Assembly (NCBI GenBank): GCA_964013405.1
Contig: CAXGWI010000065.1
Span: forward strand, 1 to 18,280
Direction of reading: 5' to 3'
Length of the DNA stretch: 18,280 bases
Source: an uncultured Myxococcales bacterium
GTDB taxonomy: Bacteria; Myxococcota; UBA4151
The position numbers and the translations under genes are program-made. Numbering within the stretch: the first letter of the stretch is position 1; the number at the start of each line of letters is the position of its first letter. The notes under the pieces were generated by a model. That model searched no databases. It worked only from the letters and a program-made list of their open reading frames with translations, and had not been told where the DNA came from. Shown here one piece after another: positions 1-7,852 of this stretch.

Positions 1-44
1 AGAAGAAGAAGAAGAAAAAGAAGAAGAAGAAGAAGAAGAAGAAG
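1..44 (+). repeat. (AAG)n trinucleotide run within a pure-purine tract (1-53)
   Basis: Directly visible, with one AAA interruption at 15-17. Confidence 0.95.
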
Positions 45-56
45 GGAGGGAAGTAG
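1..56 (+). CDS. 3' end of an upstream gene (partial) with a poly-lysine C-terminus (K14-G-G-K-stop visible)
   Basis: The frame starting at base 3 reads AAG x4, AAA, AAG x9, GGA GGG AAG TAG (stop at 54-56). The single AAA is synonymous with Lys, and the stop lies 2 nt before the next ATG at 59. Confidence 0.65.
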   Translation, partial: KKKKKKKKKKKKKKGGK

Positions 57-58
57 AC

Positions 59-1732
59 ATGCTACGTGTCCAGCTCTCCTTGATTGTTCTCCTTGTGGGC
101 GCCAGCGCACTTGTGACGCCTTGGTGGTACGGAATGGAGTTGAGTGAGGCGGCGAAGCAGTCAGCTCGGGTGACGACAGCTCGGGCTGCTAAGGTCGCTT
201 CACTTGGTTTTGAGCGTCAGGCCCGCCAGTTGGTGAACGAGGCCCTTGAGACAGCCGAGAAGGGGGAGAAGTCCCCATGGGCGAAGGAGCCAGCGGACCA
301 GCATCTCCGTTGGCATCTCGACCCCCGGGGGGTGGTGACAACCATCTACGGTGGCGTCGCCCTGAAACCGGGAATTGATCTGTCCGGGATCGAGGTGGTG
401 GCTGCTGCTCAGCAAGGCGTTGCAAGCGACGGCGTCGTCAATCTGCGGGTGCAGCCAAAGGCGTCGCTCTGGCATCTCGCCGCAGCCCCTGTGTCTGATA
501 CAGCCGGCAAGCTCAGCGGTGTCGTGGTGGTTGGGGTTCGGTTGAGTCAGTCGGCTCGGTTGCTGGCAGCCGAGCTTCAAGGACTGACAAACACGGCTGA
601 TAGCAGCTTGCGACTGGGTCTCATCGTGGGTGGGAAGCGCTATGGTGATCTGCCCGACCTCGTTGCGGGAAAGGTGCGTCGGGGCTTTCCCCTGGGTGAG
701 CCTGCGGGGCACGGCAATAAGGATGTCGGTCCCTTTATCCGCCTCAATGAGGCCGCTTGGATGGTCTCCGCCCAACCCTTGCAGACCCAAGCAGGGCCTG
801 GCTTCATTGTGGCAGCGACCGATGTCTCGGCTGGGCTTGGCCCGCTCGCAGATCTTCTGCAAACCGGGTTGCTGATGGGTTTGGGCCTAACGGTCATCGG
901 GCTTGTCATGGTCTTATTTGTGGGTCGGCGATTGAGTGCTTCGGCGAACACGCTCGCAGGCTGGCTCAGCGACTGGAGGGTTGGTGAGTCCAGTCCGATT
1001 CCGCTGGCCTCCTTAAGCCTACATCCCCTTTTTCGGCGGGTTCGAGGGGCACTCGATCTGGCCCTGGAGGGGAAGCGGGCGACCCGGGAGCCAGAGTCGA
1101 TCCTGGACACCCTTGTGCCAGGTGGTGAGGGCGAGTTCGGCACGGACACTATGAATTTCCCGGGCCTTGGTGACGATGTCGAATTTGGCAGCGCTGACAT
1201 GGGCGATGCCGGTGACGATCTTTTTGCACCCGCGCCCGACGACGAACCCTTCTCTGAAGGACCGGGCGCAGGGCCTGGTCCGGAGGCCCCATCGGGTGGT
1301 CCGACGCTACCGCCTATTCCGGCCGCAGCCCCAGCCCAGGCCCAGGCGGCCGAACCGGCCGCTGTTGGCGGTGGAGAGTTGAATCAGTTCAAAGTTGCGG
1401 ACGATGGTCAGATTGCCCCTGAGGATCCCGCTGGTTTCGGTGACATGGCCACGGGCCAGTTCAGTGTACCTGAGACCCTTTTGGAGCAGATTAGCAACGA
1501 CGAGATTGAAACCGGTGCTCGCCCCTATGAAGAGACATACAACGACTATGTCGCCATGAGGCAAACCTTGGGGGAAGATATCGAGTCGATCACCTATGAT
1601 CGCTTTCGCAAAAAGATCGAACACACCCGGGCGAAGATTTTGGAAGATACGGGGGCCAGAGATGTTCGCTTTAGCGTGAAGGAAAAGAATGGACGGGCCA
1701 GCTTGCGTGCAATGCCCGTCATGGACACTTGA
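59..1732 (+). CDS. MXAN_5187-family-like membrane protein: N-terminal TM, periplasmic Cache-like region, second TM, acidic/Pro-rich linker, MXAN_5187-like C-terminal domain
   Basis: GGAGGG RBS at 45-50. Hydrophobic N-terminus, Cache-like strand WHLAAAPVSDTAGKLSGVVVVG and TM GLLMGLGLTVIGLVMVLFVG. The C-terminus YEETYNDYVAMRQTLGE..ITYDRFRKKI..DVRFSVKEKNGRASLRAMP matches my recollection of the MXAN_5187 C-terminal domain. Confidence 0.75.
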   Translation: MLRVQLSLIVLLVGASALVTPWWYGMELSEAAKQSARVTTARAAKVASLGFERQARQLVNEALETAEKGEKSPWAKEPADQHLRWHLDPRGVVTTIYGGVALKPGIDLSGIEVVAAAQQGVASDGVVNLRVQPKASLWHLAAAPVSDTAGKLSGVVVVGVRLSQSARLLAAELQGLTNTADSSLRLGLIVGGKRYGDLPDLVAGKVRRGFPLGEPAGHGNKDVGPFIRLNEAAWMVSAQPLQTQAGPGFIVAATDVSAGLGPLADLLQTGLLMGLGLTVIGLVMVLFVGRRLSASANTLAGWLSDWRVGESSPIPLASLSLHPLFRRVRGALDLALEGKRATREPESILDTLVPGGEGEFGTDTMNFPGLGDDVEFGSADMGDAGDDLFAPAPDDEPFSEGPGAGPGPEAPSGGPTLPPIPAAAPAQAQAAEPAAVGGGELNQFKVADDGQIAPEDPAGFGDMATGQFSVPETLLEQISNDEIETGARPYEETYNDYVAMRQTLGEDIESITYDRFRKKIEHTRAKILEDTGARDVRFSVKEKNGRASLRAMPVMDT

Positions 1733-1748
1733 ATCTAGGCTAGCGCGG

Positions 1749-1772
1749 GTCCATGGTCTGCGGGCCATGGAC
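1749..1772 (+). promoter_or_regulatory. Intergenic stem-loop immediately upstream of the RBS of the next gene
   Basis: GTCCATGGTC-TGCG-GGCCATGGAC gives a 10-bp stem (one G-U pair) and a 4-nt loop. There is no U-tract, and GGAG follows at 1776-1779. Confidence 0.4.
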
Positions 1773-1785
1773 ATGGGAGCTTGGA

Positions 1786-3342
1786 ATGCGGCGATTAAGC
1801 CTTTTGGCCTTCAGTGGCCTCTTTCTCATCAACTGCAATTGCGAATCGACGAAGCAGAAGGGCGAAGAAGCAGCCAGCGGCGGGGAGTCGGTCAAAGCGG
1901 TTGACCTTCTGGATCACCTTCCGCCGAAAGACTTGGGATTCCTCGTTCATATTCCGAAACTGGGGCAGTCACTTGCTGGTCTCGGTCGGCACGCTGGGAT
2001 TGTGCTCGATGCGCTGGGCGATAAATCTGAGAGCTTCAGCGCCCTCAAGCAACAGTTGGGCTTCAATCCCATGGTGCCCACTGAGTTGAGCGCTGCTGGG
2101 ATCAAGGCCGATGGCGCCTTTGTGATTTGGGGGGGCGCCCCTGCAGGCGACGAAACCTGGCAGCCGCACATCGTGTTTGAAGTCAGCGACGAGGACGCAC
2201 TCATCAAGACGGTGACAGCCCTCGCGAAGCGGGAGGCAGCGCTGCAAATGGAGCCAGCACAAGTCGTTGATGAAGGGAAGTGGTATGGACTCTTCCGGAC
2301 CTTCGGAAAGAAGAAGGAGCCGCAGGGAGGGCTGCTGCTGCGGAAGGACCCCGCGATGGCGATTTTGACGGCCGTCGACCTGCCGTCGCTTCAGGCTTTT
2401 CTAAAGGTTAAAGGTGCCGTGAACGATCACCCAGAGTGGCTTCGTTTTCGTAAGCGCTCTACTGAGCCGGCTGATGCGACGGTTCTCATCACGACCTTGG
2501 GGGCCGGTCGGGCCATGGCAGAACAAGCCTCAGTGGCGAACCTGAAGGTGATGCCCTACCTCATCAAGATGGGTTTCGAATCGAGTCGTTTCTGGGTGAG
2601 CAGTCACCAGATCATGGATGGACAGACTGTGGCCCTCACCAAAATGCTGCAGCCCGAACCACCCATGGTTCCAGCTCCGCCTCAGGGAGCAGTACTCGCT
2701 GCCGCTGGCAGTTTGGATTTGGGTGAAACCTCCAAGCAGCTGATGCGCCACCCCCTCGTCGGAGGGCAAATGGCCCAGCTTGATACCACTGCGTTGAACG
2801 AAGTTTTCGCAGCATTGGGCAGTACATATCGTGTCTACCTTGGCCTGAGCGGGGAACCTGGCAGCAATCCGATGATTCTGTTGGGGCAGTCCTATTTTGG
2901 TCTCGACGTGATCGGGAAAGACCCCTCTTCCTTGAGGGGCTTGTTGCCCCAACTCGCAGAGAAGGCTGGTTTAGCTCCAGGTCAGTTGGTCCCCACTGAC
3001 AAGGGCTATTCGGTTCAGACGCCGGCGGGAATGCCCGTTGAGATCGAGTTGAACAGCGGTGAGAAGCGTTTGAGTATACGCTTCGGAAATGGCGCAAATG
3101 GGAGTGAGAAACTCACGGGCGTGAAGAGCCAACTCACCTTACCCAAGGGGACATTGAGCACATTTTACTTGGATCTGACTCGGCTGGGTAAAGTCGCCAC
3201 CACACTCCAAGGTGTGGAGACGCCAATGAAGTCCGTGATGGCACCGGCGGCGAAGATTCTCTCGAATTGGAGCTATCTGCTGGTCGACCAGCGCCTGGAC
3301 AAGGACTACCATGTCCAGACCTTGCAGATCGGCCTGCCGTGA
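1786..3342 (+). CDS. Putative lipoprotein A (~518 aa), paralog of 4004..5473, possibly DUF3352-like
   Basis: Start moved from 1753 to ATG 1786 (GGAG RBS at 1776-1779). Signal peptide MRRLSLLAFSGLFLIN-C17 has an atypical lipobox. Several motifs are shared with 4004..5473. Confidence 0.7.
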   Translation: MRRLSLLAFSGLFLINCNCESTKQKGEEAASGGESVKAVDLLDHLPPKDLGFLVHIPKLGQSLAGLGRHAGIVLDALGDKSESFSALKQQLGFNPMVPTELSAAGIKADGAFVIWGGAPAGDETWQPHIVFEVSDEDALIKTVTALAKREAALQMEPAQVVDEGKWYGLFRTFGKKKEPQGGLLLRKDPAMAILTAVDLPSLQAFLKVKGAVNDHPEWLRFRKRSTEPADATVLITTLGAGRAMAEQASVANLKVMPYLIKMGFESSRFWVSSHQIMDGQTVALTKMLQPEPPMVPAPPQGAVLAAAGSLDLGETSKQLMRHPLVGGQMAQLDTTALNEVFAALGSTYRVYLGLSGEPGSNPMILLGQSYFGLDVIGKDPSSLRGLLPQLAEKAGLAPGQLVPTDKGYSVQTPAGMPVEIELNSGEKRLSIRFGNGANGSEKLTGVKSQLTLPKGTLSTFYLDLTRLGKVATTLQGVETPMKSVMAPAAKILSNWSYLLVDQRLDKDYHVQTLQIGLP

Positions 3343-4007
3343 GTTCAGAAACACCGATCGACCTTCGCGGGGTCGGACGGTCCTATGCAGGTCTGGATCG
3401 ACCCGTTCTCGATGGACTCGATCTGTGCGTGGGGGCGGGGGAGGTCGTCGCCGTTTTAGGGCGGAGCGGGACTGGGAAGTCCACCTTGTTGCGCATCATT
3501 GCTGGGCTCGACACAGCTTATGTTGGCCAAGCCCTTCTTGGGGGCCACTCCCTGCGAGACCTTAGTGATACGGCCCTGGCTCGCTATCGAGCCGAGTCCG
3601 TTGGCATCATCTTTCAGTCCTTTCATTTGTTGGATCATCTTACGGCTGCTGAGAATGTGGATCTCGGCGCTCGGTTCAGTCGGAAGCCAACGAGCGAAAG
3701 CACGACTGAGTTGCTGGCGGCGGTGGGGCTGGAAGGACGGGGCAGTGATCGTCCTGCCTTGATGAGCGGGGGGGAGCGGCAACGCCTCGCCATCGCCCGA
3801 GCCCTGCGCAATCAGCCTGATATTGTGCTGGCCGATGAACCCACAGGCAATCTCGATGAAGCAACGGGCCGGGTGGTGATCAACCTTCTTGCCGAGTTAG
3901 GTAGAAAGAGGGGGGTTGCCAGCGTTTGGGTCACCCACGAAGAACGTCTCGCTGCCGCGGCAGATCGGGTCTTAGTCCTTGAGAACGGACGATTGGAGGA
4001 GCGATGA
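3339..4007 (+). CDS. ABC transporter ATP-binding protein, LolD/MacB (type VII) family
   Basis: Walker A GRSGTGKST, Q-loop IFQSFHL, signature MSGGERQR, Walker B/D-loop IVLADEPTGNLD, H-loop VTHE. The GTG start overlaps the upstream TGA (GTGA 3339-3342). Confidence 0.93.
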   Translation: MSSETPIDLRGVGRSYAGLDRPVLDGLDLCVGAGEVVAVLGRSGTGKSTLLRIIAGLDTAYVGQALLGGHSLRDLSDTALARYRAESVGIIFQSFHLLDHLTAAENVDLGARFSRKPTSESTTELLAAVGLEGRGSDRPALMSGGERQRLAIARALRNQPDIVLADEPTGNLDEATGRVVINLLAELGRKRGVASVWVTHEERLAAAADRVLVLENGRLEER

Positions 4008-5473
4008 AGAAAATACTTATATTCGGTCTGGCCTGTGGCTTGATGGGCTGCGTTCACGGCCGCAGCGGAGCGGTCGACACGGTGCTTCAGGACCTTCCTG
4101 CAGAACACCTTGGGGCCGTCGTGTACACGAGGGATACGGCGAAGTTTCTCACCTTTTTGAAGGCCGAGATCGACGCCATCGAGAAGATTGCCGGGGGCGC
4201 GATGCAGCAACAGATGCAGGACGACCTCGGCTTCCATCCATTGACCGCCGAAGGCTTGGCCGCCGCTGGGCTCGACCCCACAAGACAGATGGCCTTCTGG
4301 CTTGGGGGAACCAATCCGAAAAAACCCAGTGTGCATGGCGTTTTACCGCTAGGGAATCGGGACAAGTTCCTCACTGCTTTGGACCGAATTTTAGTCAAAG
4401 GCTCCCTCTCACGGGGGAGTCCAGTGAAGACGGCCAAAGGGGACTGGATTGGATTAAACCGCACCACAGGTCAGCGCTCGGAGCCGGCGGGCGGGCTCTT
4501 GATCAACTCGAGGTGGGTCATCTTAACGACTGGCGAACGTGGGGATCTGCAGGCTTTCTCTGAAGGCCCTTCAGTGGCTCAGCATCCCCATCTAGAGACC
4601 CTGCGTCATCGGAGTCAGAAAGCCGGTCAGATGGCGGTGTTTATGACGCCCAAATGGCTGGAGCAATTGCAGGGCACCTCCCTGGGCAGCGAGATGCCTC
4701 AGGCGGCGGCCCTCTATGCCGACGTGCAAATGACGCCGGGCAAGGAGGTCTTTGTGGAAGCCTTGAGCTTCAGTCTGCCCGAGGCCTTGGCGCTGCAGCG
4801 CCGCTTAACGCCCAAGCCCGTGGCGCGAGTCCCCAGCCCCAAGGGCGCGGTCTTGGCTGCGACCGGCACCATGAATGTGACGGAGCTCTTTGCCTTTGTG
4901 AAAGAAGAGGATGAAGTGGCAAAGGTGCTCAAAAAAGAACAACGGATGGTCGACGCGATCGAGCCGGTTCTCGCGAAGCTCGGTACCGACTTCACCTTTA
5001 GTCTGGGCGTCGACGGTGAACCAGCGAATCCGATGATATTGCTTGGTTCACTTTTTGCCCGTCTCGACATCGCCGGCGGGCAACCGAGAGAGGCTCTCGA
5101 CGGGGTTCTCGCCGCAGCTAAAGTCTTGGAGTTGCCCACGGACAAGGTGCAGGCCGTCGAGGGGGGATACGATCTCTTCATCCCGCCCTTTGTTCGGGTT
5201 CGCTTCCGGGCCGACGACCAGAATCTGACGATCGCCTACGGTCGTGATGCCCAGCCTGATTCAGACAGTGCGTTGATGAAGATCGCTGAAGGTCAGATGA
5301 ATGCCGGCCTGTTTGATGGGGCCAAGGTGGGACGCATGGTGTCCAAGATGGTCCGGATGAATATCGGGCCCAAGATCGGTGCCCTGTTGCAGCGCTATGG
5401 GTCCTGGGAAACCTGGAGTGGGCCTCTCGAGGCGATCACAGCAGGCTACGGGAGACTTAAAATCACGCCATGA
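4004..5473 (+). CDS. Putative lipoprotein B (489 aa), paralog of 1786..3342
   Basis: MKKILIFGLACGLMG-C16 lipoprotein signal, GGAGGAG RBS, ATGA overlap with the ATPase stop. Confidence 0.78.
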   Translation: MKKILIFGLACGLMGCVHGRSGAVDTVLQDLPAEHLGAVVYTRDTAKFLTFLKAEIDAIEKIAGGAMQQQMQDDLGFHPLTAEGLAAAGLDPTRQMAFWLGGTNPKKPSVHGVLPLGNRDKFLTALDRILVKGSLSRGSPVKTAKGDWIGLNRTTGQRSEPAGGLLINSRWVILTTGERGDLQAFSEGPSVAQHPHLETLRHRSQKAGQMAVFMTPKWLEQLQGTSLGSEMPQAAALYADVQMTPGKEVFVEALSFSLPEALALQRRLTPKPVARVPSPKGAVLAATGTMNVTELFAFVKEEDEVAKVLKKEQRMVDAIEPVLAKLGTDFTFSLGVDGEPANPMILLGSLFARLDIAGGQPREALDGVLAAAKVLELPTDKVQAVEGGYDLFIPPFVRVRFRADDQNLTIAYGRDAQPDSDSALMKIAEGQMNAGLFDGAKVGRMVSKMVRMNIGPKIGALLQRYGSWETWSGPLEAITAGYGRLKITP

Positions 5474-6765
5474 GCGATGCGAGTTTGCTCCGGTCGGGTC
5501 TGAAAAGAGATCGATCTACATTGGTGATGGGCGGGCTTGGTATCGCCCTCGGGATTGGTGCACTCACGTGTTTTTTGGCCCTCGGACTTGGACTTCGGAC
5601 CCATGTCATCGATGGCTTGGTCGGGGAACTCCCGGTCGGGACCCTCGATGTGAAACCCTCGGGCTCCAGCGTCTTGATGGGATTGCTGGGAAGCCAGAAG
5701 AGCCAAGGGATGGGGCCGGTGGTCGAACCGGCGAAGATCCAAGGACTAGAAGAAACCCCGGGCGTTGCCCGAGTCGTTCCTCGGATCAGGGTCGACGTGC
5801 CCATGATGGCTTGGGGGCTGCAAAAGGAGTTGAACCTTCCTAAGCCGGTCGCCGTCGATGTCTTCGCCACGGGCCTGCCAACCGACTGGGTGACGGACGA
5901 TGTTCAGCCCGGTCACGTCTTTGCGGATCCAGGCAAGGGAAAAGTCATTCCTGTACTCGTCTCTCGCCGACTGGTGAACATGGCGAACAGTGCCCTTGCT
6001 GCGACCGTGAAAGTCAACCTGACACCCAAATTGCTGGCCGGCTTGGAGTTTCGTTTGATGGTTGGGCGGTCTTACATGACCGGGGGAATCCGAGGTCCGG
6101 GCAAAGGCAGGACGGTCACCTGCAAGATCGTCGGCGTGAGTGATAAGGCGATTACGCTGGGCGTGTCGGTTCCGGAAGGCGTCGCTGAGCGCTGGAACCG
6201 GGAGTTTGAGAAAGCGCCCCGACCGGTTGCTGGCGCTTGGGTCCAGCTATCTGAGACCCGTCAGATGGCGAGTGTGGTGGCCGCCATCGAGAGTTACGGT
6301 CTGCAAGTGGATGAAGGCCCCCGGTTGGTCGGCTTGGTCATCGATGGCTTGCTCGCCGGACTGGTCCTCGTCGCTGGGCTCCTCTTGCTTTTGGCGGCGA
6401 TGATCATCGCGCAGACCTTCTACAGTCGGGTCGCGATGCGTCGCCGTGAGTATGGTTTGTATCGGGCCTTAGGGGCCCCGAGGGGCTTGATTTATCGCTT
6501 AGTCCTCGGCGAGGCCCTGATCGCCGGTGGTATCTCGGGCTGCCTTGGCGTGCTGCTGGGCTTCGGCGCAGCCTACGGTATTGAAAGCACCACTTTGGCT
6601 GCCCTGCCGGACCTACCGTTTGAACTGAATGCCCTGGCTTTGTATCACCCGGGTTTAGGCTTGTTGGGGGTCGCTCTTGCGCTCTCGTTTGCCTTGCTGG
6701 GGGCGCTGGGGCCGGCCGCTCGGGCAGCCTCCGTTGATCCAGCGGAGGCCCTGGAACTCTCGTGA
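5470..6765 (+). CDS. ABC transporter permease, FtsX/MacB/LolCE family
   Basis: One N-terminal TM, a large periplasmic domain, then three C-terminal TMs with the FtsX-type motif RRREYGLYRALGA and an ..AARAASVDPAEAL ending. ATGA overlap with the upstream stop. Confidence 0.9.
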   Translation: MSDASLLRSGLKRDRSTLVMGGLGIALGIGALTCFLALGLGLRTHVIDGLVGELPVGTLDVKPSGSSVLMGLLGSQKSQGMGPVVEPAKIQGLEETPGVARVVPRIRVDVPMMAWGLQKELNLPKPVAVDVFATGLPTDWVTDDVQPGHVFADPGKGKVIPVLVSRRLVNMANSALAATVKVNLTPKLLAGLEFRLMVGRSYMTGGIRGPGKGRTVTCKIVGVSDKAITLGVSVPEGVAERWNREFEKAPRPVAGAWVQLSETRQMASVVAAIESYGLQVDEGPRLVGLVIDGLLAGLVLVAGLLLLLAAMIIAQTFYSRVAMRRREYGLYRALGAPRGLIYRLVLGEALIAGGISGCLGVLLGFGAAYGIESTTLAALPDLPFELNALALYHPGLGLLGVALALSFALLGALGPAARAASVDPAEALELS

Positions 6766-7838
6766 ACAGCGAACGGTCACCCTGGATCGTCTCGCCACGC
6801 TTTGATCTTTCTTTCTTTTTGTTGGGGGCCTGGCTGGTTCCGATCCTGCTCTGGGCGGGGATTGGTCTCTGGGGCTTACTGACCTCCTTGCTGATCTTTC
6901 GTGTGCTCGACTACAGCCATATCTTCGTCACCTGGCCCTTCACCTTTGGCGACCGGGAGACCATGACCGCACACGGTCGATGGTATCGAGTGGGCTTTCT
7001 CGCCATCGTGATTCTTTCCGTGTTGATGACGACCTTGGGCCGGAGTGCTCAGGTGCTGTGGTGGAGCGTGTTTATCTACTGGGGTGCCTTCCACATCATT
7101 CGGCAGCATTATGGCTTTCTGCGGATCTACCAAGCCCGTCAGGGGGCGACACCCGAGTTAGCAAAAGCCGAAGTCGGCTTACTCTACAGCGGCACCGCCT
7201 TCCCTTATCTGCTGAACCTCTCCCAGGGCTGGGCCTTGGACCCGATGGGGGATCAGGTCTTTCAACTGCCTGTCCCAGCGGTGTTGGCCTGGGGTGCGCT
7301 TGGCATTTTCGTTGCCTGCGCTGTTCAGGTGGCTTGGGGCTGGTGGTGTCTACTTCGCAGTGGCCGGAGGGTTGGATGGCAGCGGCTCCTGCACCTCGTG
7401 CTGGCCATCAGTAACTTTTGGGTGGGGCTCTTGTGGGCGGGCCAGACCAATGCTGCCCTCGCAGCCCTCTTCATCACCAGTTATCATGACCTTCAATACC
7501 ACGGCGTGATCTGGTGGGTTGGTCAGCGTCGTTATCGCCGTCGCGACAGTAACCCGTTCGGCAGCCTGTTTACCGCTCGGCTGCCCTTGCTGCTCGTCGG
7601 CTTTGTGCTGGCAGCCGGCTGTTTGCATACTTTGATGATTGGGGATCTGAGTTGGCTGCCTGGCCTGGAATGGAGCCGTTTCGCCTTCAGTGACGAGCCC
7701 GGACCGATGATGTACGTGGCCAACTTCTTCATTGGCACGGTCGCGGCCCACTACCTCTTTGATGGGAAAATGTGGAAGATGAGCGAGAATCCGAGACTCC
7801 GGCAGGAGCTGGATCTCAGCCGGCCTTCAGGGGCCTGA
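6762..7838 (+). CDS. Multi-pass membrane protein with conserved His motifs (putative metal-dependent membrane enzyme), paralog 1
   Basis: Many hydrophobic segments. Motifs SHIFVTW, FHIIRQHYGF, SYHDLQY, AHYLFDGKMWK. GTGA overlap with the permease stop. Confidence 0.75.
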   Translation: MNSERSPWIVSPRFDLSFFLLGAWLVPILLWAGIGLWGLLTSLLIFRVLDYSHIFVTWPFTFGDRETMTAHGRWYRVGFLAIVILSVLMTTLGRSAQVLWWSVFIYWGAFHIIRQHYGFLRIYQARQGATPELAKAEVGLLYSGTAFPYLLNLSQGWALDPMGDQVFQLPVPAVLAWGALGIFVACAVQVAWGWWCLLRSGRRVGWQRLLHLVLAISNFWVGLLWAGQTNAALAALFITSYHDLQYHGVIWWVGQRRYRRRDSNPFGSLFTARLPLLLVGFVLAAGCLHTLMIGDLSWLPGLEWSRFAFSDEPGPMMYVANFFIGTVAAHYLFDGKMWKMSENPRLRQELDLSRPSGA

Positions 7839-7852
7839 CGAGGAGTGAGCGA

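Noticed and set aside
3267..3338. Longer ORF-track starts (also 1753, 7772, 9662, 10903, 13745, 17600)
   Set aside because: Downstream starts have better RBSs, give proper signal peptides or family N-termini, and avoid long overlaps.
3339..6765. Naming the ABC genes lolD/lolC/lolE, macB or ftsE/ftsX
   Set aside because: Family motifs are clear, but orthology cannot be decided by eye, and the gene context differs from the canonical loci.
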